Shown here piece after piece: positions 19,637-28,014 of a stretch of 64,000 bases of DNA. The position numbers and the translations under genes are program-made. Below the pieces are notes generated by a model, which saw only the letters and a program-made list of their open reading frames with translations, did not search any database and had not been told where the DNA came from. Each line of letters begins with the position of its first letter. The stretch's first letter is position 1. The stretch is from a virus. The stretch is from IMG/VR virus record IMGVR_UViG_3300025929_000003, positions 4,421 to 68,420 of that record. One strand, 5' to 3'.

Positions 19637-20279
19637 ACCATAACCCTAACAACCCATAGCCAGCAACGGCATGGGTTTAAGGAGGTACAAAGCAAGCCGT
19701 AACTAAAGGCAATAGGTTATGTAAAAGAGTAAACAACGCATGGTAAGCCCAGCAACGTAAACCCCAAGATGCCTAAAGCGCATAGCCTATCAAACGGCAT
19801 GCGCTTTAGGCAGTAGAAGCCCACAAGGTTTTTAGGCATCGCTGAAATTGCCTTAACGTTCAGCAAGGTTAACCCCGTATTAGCCGAGGGGACAGGCTAA
19901 AGGTCAAGCAAGATAGACCAAATTATCAAGCGTACTAAAGAAACGATATTCTTTCGCATTGCCGTAATTGCGTAACGGTAAGGTTAGCAAGTGATACCAA
20001 AAACTTGACGGTCGGGCAAACCGAATTTAACCCGCGTAGATACCTAAATTCCGCATAGCGGTGTATCCATCGAATAACTCTAAGGCTTGAAATAGTGCCA
20101 CGAGCAAAATAAAACGTAGCAAAGTGTGTACTTTGCCTGACGAGTTGAAAACAACGAAACGTAAAAACAGCGGATAGGGTGTAAGCTGTATAAATAAGCC
20201 GACCTAAAGGCTATAAAGGTGCATGAGCCGTAGAATGGTGACTACCTATCCCATTTATTAAACTTAAAAATCAAACGTT
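19637..20279 (+). ncRNA. Large structured non-coding block (hairpins, pseudoknots, hammerhead)
   Basis: No ORF of 60 aa or more; many inverted repeats visible (19651-19677, 19770-19812, 19873-19900, 19902-19919, 20167-20252). Confidence 0.6.
20114..20162 (+). ncRNA. Type III hammerhead ribozyme
   Basis: ACG-U-A | stem I GCAAAGT/ACTTTGC | CUGACGA | stem II GTTG-AAAA-CAAC | GAAA-CGT; all core nucleotides present; cleavage predicted after GUA at 20118. Confidence 0.9.
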
Positions 20280-20432
20280 ATGAAATACTTTTTAATTCGG
20301 CTTACATACGGTCGCTGGGCTTCGGTATATGCATACAATTCTGATGATGCTATAATTGCATACCACCTACTGTTTGATAAGACCGACAAAGAAGATGTTT
20401 TATCGGCCTATGCGCCACTTATACAACCATAG
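20280..20432 (+). CDS. Small hypothetical protein (50 aa)
   Basis: Hand-found ORF MKYFLIRLTYGRW... Confidence 0.5.
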   Translation: MKYFLIRLTYGRWASVYAYNSDDAIIAYHLLFDKTDKEDVLSAYAPLIQP

Positions 20433-20492
20433 CCAGCATACTCACGCTAAAGAGATAATAATCGCTCACAGAGCCTTAAAAATAGCCTAAAG

Positions 20493-20663
20493 ATGAAAAC
20501 AGATAAATATTACAAAGCGGTATGTATAGAAAAAACCGCTAAAGAGTTTGGTCAAATATTAGGACAAACAAAAACAGGCAATAAAAAAGGATTAAGTAAA
20601 GAAGATTTTGCCGAGGCTATGAATAATAGCACAGTTTACTCATTTGAAATTATAGAGTTTTAG
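20493..20663 (+). CDS. Small hypothetical protein (56 aa)
   Basis: Hand-found ORF MKTDKYYKAVC..., abuts the next gene. Confidence 0.5.
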   Translation: MKTDKYYKAVCIEKTAKEFGQILGQTKTGNKKGLSKEDFAEAMNNSTVYSFEIIEF

Positions 20664-20665
20664 TT

Positions 20666-21271
20666 ATGAAGATATTTAAACAACAGCCAATAGATTTAAT
20701 AAGGGTTAGGATTTACAAAGATAACGAACACGTTAAATATTTAAACCTCTGTGATACGACCGCTGACGAAGTTTTAGAAATGTGTAAGCAAGTTATTTTA
20801 AAACAAAACCTTTCTCCTTTTGCAACAGGCAAAAGAACGTCCATAGAGGTTAGGGAGGCTAAAGGGGCTAAGAATGGCAAAGCGCAATCTATACCATTTA
20901 AAGGGCTTGAAGTTGACGAAACCTATGAATTAATATTAAACGCCATAGAACAAGAAAGTAATCACTTTTCAGTAACACCCCCACCCGAAAGCAAGCGCAG
21001 AGAAACAGAATGTGAAGATATTGTAACAACCCTTAATAACGACATAGCCGCAAGCGGGTTGGATTTATCGTTTACATACTCAACAGATGGGTATTACCAA
21101 GCGATATGTTTTAATGATACTGTTTTGTGGAGTACGGATAATGACGAAAGAGATTTTGACGAAGATACCCAAGAATATATTCCGTTGCTTACTCATATCA
21201 TCGCACAATATCAAGATATTTTTGGTGAGATGAGTAAGTTAAACGAACGTTTTTTAGAGCGATTGAGATGA
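20666..21271 (+). CDS. Hypothetical protein
   Basis: 201-aa ORF. Confidence 0.7.
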   Translation: MKIFKQQPIDLIRVRIYKDNEHVKYLNLCDTTADEVLEMCKQVILKQNLSPFATGKRTSIEVREAKGAKNGKAQSIPFKGLEVDETYELILNAIEQESNHFSVTPPPESKRRETECEDIVTTLNNDIAASGLDLSFTYSTDGYYQAICFNDTVLWSTDNDERDFDEDTQEYIPLLTHIIAQYQDIFGEMSKLNERFLERLR

Positions 21272-21459
21272 ACAAATACGCCGCCACCCCCTGCAACATC
21301 AAAATGGTGTTAATGGCTAAAGACGTTAACGTTGAAAAGGTCTGCACCAACCTTTGGGAAGTTTACACCTTTGAACGGGATATGCCCACTAAGTATAAAC
21401 TGCAGTTCTCGGGCAAACCATATATTATAGCAACCTATTATTTAGACGCCATAAATTAA
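21268..21459 (+). CDS. Hypothetical protein
   Basis: ATGA overlap with the upstream gene. Confidence 0.55.
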   Translation: MNKYAATPCNIKMVLMAKDVNVEKVCTNLWEVYTFERDMPTKYKLQFSGKPYIIATYYLDAIN

Positions 21460-21465
21460 ACAGTT

Positions 21466-21648
21466 ATGAATATTCAAAGCATTAATGGTGATATTAAACT
21501 AATTGAACAAGCAATCGGCTTAATAGAAAAAACAGAAAATTACCTGCATTTTAGGAAAAGCCACTTAGTAATGGAATTGTGTGAGCAGGTAAACGTTTTA
21601 AAAGAAAAAAGAGATAGGCAGATACAGGTTATTAACCAGTTAACTTAA
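21466..21648 (+). CDS. Hypothetical protein
   Basis: 60-aa ORF in the operon. Confidence 0.55.
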   Translation: MNIQSINGDIKLIEQAIGLIEKTENYLHFRKSHLVMELCEQVNVLKEKRDRQIQVINQLT

Positions 21649-21654
21649 AATGGT

Positions 21655-21852
21655 ATGCTAATTAACGGCAAAGAATTAAGTTCACATGATAATGGTAATA
21701 TTATATACTATGATCACATTTTAATTAAATCTGTAAGCCACCCTAAACTAAATGAGTATAGCACTTTTGAACAATGGGTGGAGCACATAAACAACAATCC
21801 CGAATTTTGCGGATGCAAGTATCATTCTATAATGAAAGGGCATTGCAAGTGA
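21655..21852 (+). CDS. Hypothetical protein
   Basis: 65-aa ORF in the operon. Confidence 0.55.
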   Translation: MLINGKELSSHDNGNIIYYDHILIKSVSHPKLNEYSTFEQWVEHINNNPEFCGCKYHSIMKGHCK

Positions 21853-21975
21853 TTAAAAAAGAAAAATATATCATTCACTTTAGGGAAGAAAAAGCCTTGT
21901 TTTTTAAAGTGATAAAACAAAAACATTTTTACGCTGGGTTTACCTGCAAAATAAATAAACCCCAAACCCAACAAC

Positions 21976-22155
21976 ATGAAAAGCTTGATTAAAATATTGG
22001 AACAGTCGGTAAAAATACACGGCGCTAATACACCACTAAGCATAGGACACCTGCTGAACATAGCAAAGATGTGCGAACAAATGGAGGGCGACAGTCAAGA
22101 CACCACCACAATTGAGCAGCAATATTTTGAAGAAACAACTAAATACGGCAGCTGA
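21976..22155 (+). CDS. Hypothetical protein (59 aa)
   Basis: Hand-found MKSLIKILEQSVKIHG..., TGATG-coupled to the next ORF. Confidence 0.55.
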   Translation: MKSLIKILEQSVKIHGANTPLSIGHLLNIAKMCEQMEGDSQDTTTIEQQYFEETTKYGS

Positions 22156-22331
22156 TGAAACCCCAACAAAATCTAACCCAAATAGCCATAGGACACCTAC
22201 ACCCACGACGTGAAATTCGCTTTTGGCAAGCCTACCGCGGCGCCCTTTGCATTGACGAAAACAACTCAATCGCCATATTGAGGGCGAAGTATAAAGGAAT
22301 GCCTAACATTACATTTAAATCTGTACGCTGA
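22155..22331 (+). CDS. Hypothetical protein (58 aa)
   Basis: Hand-found; TGATG overlaps at both ends. Confidence 0.5.
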   Translation: MKPQQNLTQIAIGHLHPRREIRFWQAYRGALCIDENNSIAILRAKYKGMPNITFKSVR

Positions 22332-22729
22332 TGAAAACCATTAAAATAAGGATACCCGACAATTTATCGGGCGAGAAAGAAGCGTTTGCAATTGGTAAAC
22401 AACTGGCTAAAAAGTCTCTTAGTGGTGGCGGACAAAACAAAGATGTCAAACGCCTGGGTAATCAGATAGATGTTATTGATTTGCAAACTACCATTATAGT
22501 AGAAAGGTTCTCAACCGAGAAGCCTATAATCATGCAAACTTGTAACGTTTGTAACTGCGAATATCAATCTGATATGGCTAAACATTATTACCACAATTAC
22601 GGCGGTAAAAGAGTTAAACGAAGCGTTTGCTCTGCCGATTGCGTTCAATTTATGGTAGATAACTTTGGTGCGAGGATACAAAAGTCAGCCTCGAAACTAC
22701 CGCACCCAATTAATTATTTTAACAGATAA
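22331..22729 (+). CDS. Protein with TRASH-like Cys cluster
   Basis: CNVC...CSADC. Confidence 0.6.
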   Translation: MKTIKIRIPDNLSGEKEAFAIGKQLAKKSLSGGGQNKDVKRLGNQIDVIDLQTTIIVERFSTEKPIIMQTCNVCNCEYQSDMAKHYYHNYGGKRVKRSVCSADCVQFMVDNFGARIQKSASKLPHPINYFNR

Positions 22730-22861
22730 CACCATGAACATACTACTGCAAAGCGATTACAACCCCGCACAGCTACTTAAACAGGTCTCCCTAAACAATA
22801 CCCGCCTGAGCGATTTGGTGGCGTCAGAGATAAGGAAACAGCACTTAAAACGATAAATACC

Positions 22862-24235
22862 ATGCAATACCTAAAGATTAAGAACAAAGGCGAATTGGAT
22901 ATTCGCCTGATATGCCTAATGGGTGCCAGTACCAAAACTGATGACCCTACAAAGCTGGGACAATTTGGCACAGGGCTTAAATATGCCATTAGCTACCTGT
23001 TACGCAATAAAATAGATTTCAGGCTATTCTGCGGCAAGAAAGAGGTGTTATTTACCATTGTGCCTACCACCATTGCGGGTAAGGATTTCGAGGAGATATA
23101 TTGTGATGGGCAAACCATGAATATTACCACACAATACGGCTATCAATGGCAGGCGTGGGAAGCCATGAGGGAAATATGGTGCAACGCTACCGACGAGGGC
23201 GCAGATCGCAAATCTATTATGTCTGACCGTTCACATACCCACGGCGCAGCGGGACACACCACGTTTTACATTGGCATAACCGAGGCTATACAGGGTGTTT
23301 TGGATAAGTGGAATGAATACTTTTTAAAAGCCAAACCTTTGTTTAGCAATGAACAGTATGCTATTTACCCAAACACAGGTAAACTAAAACTATACAAAAA
23401 CAGTGTGCTTATTTACGAAAGTAGCTACGCTGAAAGCCTGTTTGCCTACGATATAAAAGAAGCCAATCTGAATGAGTTACGCCAGTTTATGGGTAGCTAT
23501 GAGTATTCAGTAGGTTGCGCGTTGCTATCATCCAATAGGGAGGTAATCGCTAAAGTTATGGAGGCTATTAAAAGCAGTGCTAAAGTTATAGAGGCAACCC
23601 TGAATTGGGACTATGTGCCAGGCAAAACCGAAACCGTTAAAGAGATATTCTCGGGTTATTTATTCCTGCACCCACAAAGCAATTCTAAAGCCGCCAGCGC
23701 AAGTAGCGTAATCGTTAACCAAAGCCTGTACAACCTGCTTAAAAAGTATAATCTGCCCTGTGAGCGAGTTGAAATATCTCGGGGTGGTTACTATGGTGGG
23801 GGGGGTATTGGTTACGGTGACAAGGCTGATATGAAGTATAAAGAGATACTTAACCGTGATCTGCAAAAGAAGATTGAGGCAATAGCTGAAAAATACCATT
23901 CGGGCATGACATTTAAAATCGTGTCTCCATTGGGTGATAGTTTTGATTTATTGGTAGAGGGTGGTTATTCAAAGACCGTGCTATTCAGCACTTCGTTACT
24001 TAACCTGTCAGCCGCCGACCTTGAAAGCACGGTGCTTATAGGTATTATGCACACACAGGAAGAAAACATATTTAAAGCCTTTAAACGCCTTGTTAAGTCG
24101 GTTATGGGAAACCGTAACTTTAAGAAGATAATATTCGGTAGGAACATTGGTACAGGCGAACCAGCCAAGTATCTGCCACCTGTGAACGAAACCGCATTGG
24201 CTGATATTAGCCTTGACGAAGATTTACCCTTTTGA
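22862..24235 (+). CDS. GHKL/HATPase-like ATP-binding protein, apparently circularly permuted
   Basis: GASTK..LGQFGTGLK (G2 box) precedes REIWCNATDE (N box). Confidence 0.7.
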   Translation: MQYLKIKNKGELDIRLICLMGASTKTDDPTKLGQFGTGLKYAISYLLRNKIDFRLFCGKKEVLFTIVPTTIAGKDFEEIYCDGQTMNITTQYGYQWQAWEAMREIWCNATDEGADRKSIMSDRSHTHGAAGHTTFYIGITEAIQGVLDKWNEYFLKAKPLFSNEQYAIYPNTGKLKLYKNSVLIYESSYAESLFAYDIKEANLNELRQFMGSYEYSVGCALLSSNREVIAKVMEAIKSSAKVIEATLNWDYVPGKTETVKEIFSGYLFLHPQSNSKAASASSVIVNQSLYNLLKKYNLPCERVEISRGGYYGGGGIGYGDKADMKYKEILNRDLQKKIEAIAEKYHSGMTFKIVSPLGDSFDLLVEGGYSKTVLFSTSLLNLSAADLESTVLIGIMHTQEENIFKAFKRLVKSVMGNRNFKKIIFGRNIGTGEPAKYLPPVNETALADISLDEDLPF

Positions 24236-24401
24236 TTATGAATTGGATACCAGACGAAAACATCGAGATTATCGACCCACCCGTGGATGACAGCCACTTA
24301 GACCAGCTATGGGATTAACCATCGCCCTGCTCCTATGGTTCACCATACCGATATTAGTTTGGGCTTACCACCTGATTAGAAAATTGTTTAAATAACTAAC
24401 C

Positions 24402-24698
24402 ATGAAAACAAATCGAATTAAAGATACTGTTGTACCGCAGGGCAACTATTTTAAACTAAACATAGTACCCACAGCCCCTAAGCCTGACGTTCACATCTCC
24501 GAAAAGGAAATGGCGCTTTACAATTACGTTAGGCTAAAGATAGCCTACCAGCAAAACGAGGTTGAGGGGATGGTGAATGCCATAAGGCACAAACAGGAAC
24601 TAAAGGCGATACGGTTTAACAACATCGCTACCCGATCAATCTGCGGCGCAATGGCTTTGGCTATTATTGGTATTATCGTTAAACATGTTCTTTTATAG
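24402..24698 (+). CDS. Hypothetical protein with C-terminal TM helix
   Basis: 98 aa, ICGAMALAIIGIIV. Confidence 0.6.
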   Translation: MKTNRIKDTVVPQGNYFKLNIVPTAPKPDVHISEKEMALYNYVRLKIAYQQNEVEGMVNAIRHKQELKAIRFNNIATRSICGAMALAIIGIIVKHVLL

Positions 24699-24706
24699 AT
24701 AGTGCC

Positions 24707-24958
24707 ATGAACAAAGAACTATTCACCTACCACCTGTGCGACAACGGCGGGGCTAACACCATTCAACTACCGATACTCTTAGGCATTCGTACCCAGTTTG
24801 AACACGAGTATGGGCGCTACGAGGTGCAAAGCATCACTAAGCGGGACGGTGAGGTAGTGGTGATGTGCGAACGGACGTTAACCACTACCTACCTGATTGA
24901 CCACTTCGATAAAAGCGCCGAGGGTGTTCAACTAACCAAAGGCGCTGATTTTACTTAA
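24707..24958 (+). CDS. Hypothetical protein
   Basis: 83-aa ORF. Confidence 0.6.
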   Translation: MNKELFTYHLCDNGGANTIQLPILLGIRTQFEHEYGRYEVQSITKRDGEVVVMCERTLTTTYLIDHFDKSAEGVQLTKGADFT

Positions 24959-24970
24959 AAACTTAAAACG

Positions 24971-25177
24971 ATGGAAAACGAAGGAATTGAAATAAGACCA
25001 CTTGAAAGCATTGTATCTGATATTAGAGACACCATTAAAATACTTAATGGCTTAATCAGAGAAGCTAATGACAAGGCATTAAAGGTAACGTTTACACAAG
25101 CGTTTCACCCCATGCAACAATACAAGCCTGAAAACATAAACGCACCCTTTGAGGTGAAGTTTACTAAAGAGTACTAA
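24971..25177 (+). CDS. Hypothetical protein
   Basis: 68-aa ORF. Confidence 0.55.
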   Translation: MENEGIEIRPLESIVSDIRDTIKILNGLIREANDKALKVTFTQAFHPMQQYKPENINAPFEVKFTKEY

Positions 25178-25178
25178 C

Positions 25179-25310
25179 ATGAAACGACCCCTAACCCACC
25201 ACATCGCCCTATGGCTTGCAATGGCACTTGTGTGCCTCGCCGTAGCCTCCTGTGGCTTAGTCCACAAAGTAACACGTACTAACCCGGCAACCAGTTGCCC
25301 TAAATGGTAA
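25179..25310 (+). CDS. Small predicted lipoprotein (43 aa)
   Basis: MKR + hydrophobic core + lipobox VAS|C. Confidence 0.55.
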   Translation: MKRPLTHHIALWLAMALVCLAVASCGLVHKVTRTNPATSCPKW

Positions 25311-25317
25311 AAAAAAG

Positions 25318-25530
25318 ATGAAAGTACCACATAACCTAAGTGGCATGTATTTCCGTGCCCAAAACGAAGAAACCGGCAAATGGGAAAGCGTTTGCTTTGA
25401 AGATTTAAGCGAGAAACAGATGGATGAGCAACTTAACCAACGCTCGGAGGAATGGATAAAAAGTCTTGCTAAGCAATTAGCAAACAAGTTGCACCAAATA
25501 GGTGTAGAGTTTGAAATTTTTGCAGAGTAA
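25318..25530 (+). CDS. Hypothetical protein
   Basis: 70-aa ORF. Confidence 0.6.
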   Translation: MKVPHNLSGMYFRAQNEETGKWESVCFEDLSEKQMDEQLNQRSEEWIKSLAKQLANKLHQIGVEFEIFAE

Positions 25531-25552
25531 CTTGCCAATTAAATAAAAACAT

Positions 25553-25685
25553 TATATTTGCAGTGTTAAAAGAGGTCATGCGAGGCCGCCAATAACAAAG
25601 CAGTAATTAAGACAAACCAAATAAATATTACCCGTTCTTGTAGGTGGCCTCGCAAATGTTGACCTCTTGAACGGGTTTTTATTTG
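25553..25685 (+). ncRNA. C4/CI-like promoter-leader-terminator element 1
   Basis: TATATTTG box; 25571-25590 complementary to 25643-25654 and 25660-25667 inside hairpin ACCCGTTC/GAACGGGT plus U tract. Confidence 0.7.
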
Positions 25686-26473
25686 GTCAAAAATTGAGAT
25701 ATTGTTCAACACCTTACGCTAAGTACTTATATCTGCCATTACAGGTGATTAGAGACGCTGTGGCGAATAATTATCTCGATAGCTTATGCTACTTCATTTG
25801 GATGAGAAACTTACACCAGCGGCCTGTAATTTACCATTACTCACTACGCAAGATTGCCGCCAAATTAAAAGCAAGCCCGACCACTATTAAAACGCATATC
25901 GAAAGGCTGGAAAGATTAGGTTTGGTTACCCGCCACAACGGGCACTTATACCTTAAATCAACACACCAGTTTTTCAGGGAACGCACCTCACCTATGGTTG
26001 CCGTAGGTATTGCCGATAACAAGCAACAACAAATCGCTTATCTGCGCTTCCCTTTATTTAAACGTAACCTACATACTCAATATAAAAAGGTCAACCAAAA
26101 GAACAACGTCTTACAATTGCTCCAAGGTGCCAATCTGTCCTATAAGGCTACCATAGCCGCTATTCGACAGTCTAAGCGCCTTAACTTAAAAACGCTTGAA
26201 AGTTCTTTAGACACCGATTTTACACTGAGTAATAAAAAGATAGGAATATTAACCAATCGCTCAACCAGCACCGCTATTAAGATTCAGAAAGCCTTTAACA
26301 CCCTCGGACTTATCAAGTCATTCAGGCGGGTTAAACTATTGCTTACAGGTCATAACAGGCGGTCATTCTTTGAACTTAACCTTAACGCCAGTTACTTCCT
26401 GTCCAACAAGGGTTGTGTTTATCAAAGGCTGAGCAATGGTTTTATATTTCAGGATAAAGGAGCAATTGTATGA
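25667..26473 (+). CDS. Winged-helix DNA-binding protein with two HTH-like segments
   Basis: SLRKIAAKLKASPTTIKTHIERLERLGLV and SNKKIGILTNRSTSTAIKIQKAF; true start uncertain. Confidence 0.65.
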   Translation: MNGFLFGQKLRYCSTPYAKYLYLPLQVIRDAVANNYLDSLCYFIWMRNLHQRPVIYHYSLRKIAAKLKASPTTIKTHIERLERLGLVTRHNGHLYLKSTHQFFRERTSPMVAVGIADNKQQQIAYLRFPLFKRNLHTQYKKVNQKNNVLQLLQGANLSYKATIAAIRQSKRLNLKTLESSLDTDFTLSNKKIGILTNRSTSTAIKIQKAFNTLGLIKSFRRVKLLLTGHNRRSFFELNLNASYFLSNKGCVYQRLSNGFIFQDKGAIV

Positions 26474-26482
26474 TTGCATTAA

Positions 26483-26989
26483 TTGAACAGTAAACTTAAC
26501 AACAACATGATAACAGAAGTAGACAACTACCGTGGGTATGAGATACGTTTCGATACCAACAATGAAACATTTAGGTGCGATATAGACGATAGCCGTTCGG
26601 TTAAAAAGTCATACACTGCCATTAAAACATTTATTGATGAATGGCTGAAAGATAACGCCAACTTTAAAAAGTTTAAGGTTATTTGTAACCCATTGTCAAT
26701 GTATGGAGGCAAAGCTGGAACGATTATCGGTCAACGCAAAGATGGCAGATACTATCTTGAAACGCCAAGCGGTGTCAAAGAACAAGTTTCTGATTATAAC
26801 CTAAAAGACCACTGGATACTGACCGATGAGGTGGCAGAAGCCCTAAAGGCAGCAAATCCCATCTTGGCTGAATTAAAAGCCTTAGATATCAAGGAAAGAA
26901 CCCTTAAGGAGCAATTAACAGCCATTTACCAAAGCATCCCTGTTCAAACTTTAGAAGATTACAAAAAAGCTAATAGCGGGAGTTTTTAA
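26483..26989 (+). CDS. Hypothetical protein
   Basis: 168 aa; start may be MITEV. Confidence 0.65.
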   Translation: MNSKLNNNMITEVDNYRGYEIRFDTNNETFRCDIDDSRSVKKSYTAIKTFIDEWLKDNANFKKFKVICNPLSMYGGKAGTIIGQRKDGRYYLETPSGVKEQVSDYNLKDHWILTDEVAEALKAANPILAELKALDIKERTLKEQLTAIYQSIPVQTLEDYKKANSGSF

Positions 26990-26991
26990 CC

Positions 26992-27174
26992 ATGAATAAA
27001 CCACAAGTAACCAACGACGAAAGCCACGCCCAAGTGCGTGAGCAATCCTGTGTCTCCGACTGCTGCGGGGCTAAAGTAATCAGGGAGCACTGCTTTAATG
27101 AAGTGTTTGAGCAGTTTTGTAAAAGATGTGGCAATCGATGTAGAGCAGTTGAACCTAAAAATCAAGAGTTATGA
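26992..27174 (+). CDS. Small Cys-rich protein
   Basis: SDCCGA...FCKRCGNRC. Confidence 0.55.
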   Translation: MNKPQVTNDESHAQVREQSCVSDCCGAKVIREHCFNEVFEQFCKRCGNRCRAVEPKNQEL

Positions 27175-27497
27175 AATATCAATTACCCCGAGAGTTCGCC
27201 ACTAAGTGGGTGGCGGCTTTAAGAGAATTCCCCGAACAAAAACACCATAAAGGTGAACTTCAAAACGCAAAAGACAGGAGTTGTTACTGTGCCATTGGTG
27301 TATCTTGTTTAGCTAATAATATAGACATATCCGATAACGGGATGTCGATGATAGTTGATGGCGAGAAAGTTGATTACTATGAAAAGTTTATCTTTAAAGA
27401 CCGACTGGCATACGAAATAGTTAATCTTAACGACCGCCAAGAACTCACATTTAATGAGATTGCCGACTGGATTGAAGCCAATGTAGAGTTTGTATGA
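27171..27497 (+). CDS. Phage hypothetical protein
   Basis: KWVAALR...YCAIGV...LNDR..LTFNEIADWIE, a recurrent phage family pattern. Confidence 0.65.
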   Translation: MKYQLPREFATKWVAALREFPEQKHHKGELQNAKDRSCYCAIGVSCLANNIDISDNGMSMIVDGEKVDYYEKFIFKDRLAYEIVNLNDRQELTFNEIADWIEANVEFV

Positions 27498-27608
27498 GAA
27501 AGCACGAACGCCTCCTTTGGGGCATACTATTCACATTGTTAGCCGTGGGCATCGCCCTGTCGGGCTTGCAGGTTTATTTAATCAAACAACATCATAAAAC
27601 TAATCAAC

Positions 27609-28010
27609 ATGAACCCAACACCACAACAAGTTCAAACGGTTATAGATAATCTTGAACAAGCTAATAAGATAGCAGAGTATGACGCCCCTATTGATATGTT
27701 CTCCACTTACATAACCAATTATAACGTATGCGGTACACCTATGTGCCATGGCGGCTGGTATGCCTTAGTAACAAAATGCCATCGTTATTCAGAGGGCGCA
27801 AGTGCCATGGCTGAGCACTTAGGATTTGACGATAGATTTGGATTGATGGATTGGGCGGAGAAAAACCCAACTATCTGGGGTAATAAAAGCGGTGGCTATA
27901 TGTTTAGCGATGGTAGTTCTTTTAACCAACCACGTGATAGTGGTTTTACCCTGCAAACCATTATAGACCACTGGAAACAAGTAAAAACCAACTTAGAAAA
28001 AGCACAATAA
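27609..28010 (+). CDS. Hypothetical protein
   Basis: 133 aa, CGTPMCHGGW. Confidence 0.65.
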   Translation: MNPTPQQVQTVIDNLEQANKIAEYDAPIDMFSTYITNYNVCGTPMCHGGWYALVTKCHRYSEGASAMAEHLGFDDRFGLMDWAEKNPTIWGNKSGGYMFSDGSSFNQPRDSGFTLQTIIDHWKQVKTNLEKAQ

Positions 28011-28014
28011 CACC

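Noticed and set aside
20166-20252. Pistol or HDV/theta ribozyme
   Set aside because: A TAAATA linker is present, but loop size, the GCG element and HDV P3/L3 do not fit the consensus
20340-20370. Other CTGAnGA words (20341, 22152, 22328, 38420, 38995) as extra hammerheads
   Set aside because: No stem II followed by GAAA; all lie in coding sequence or stop-start junctions
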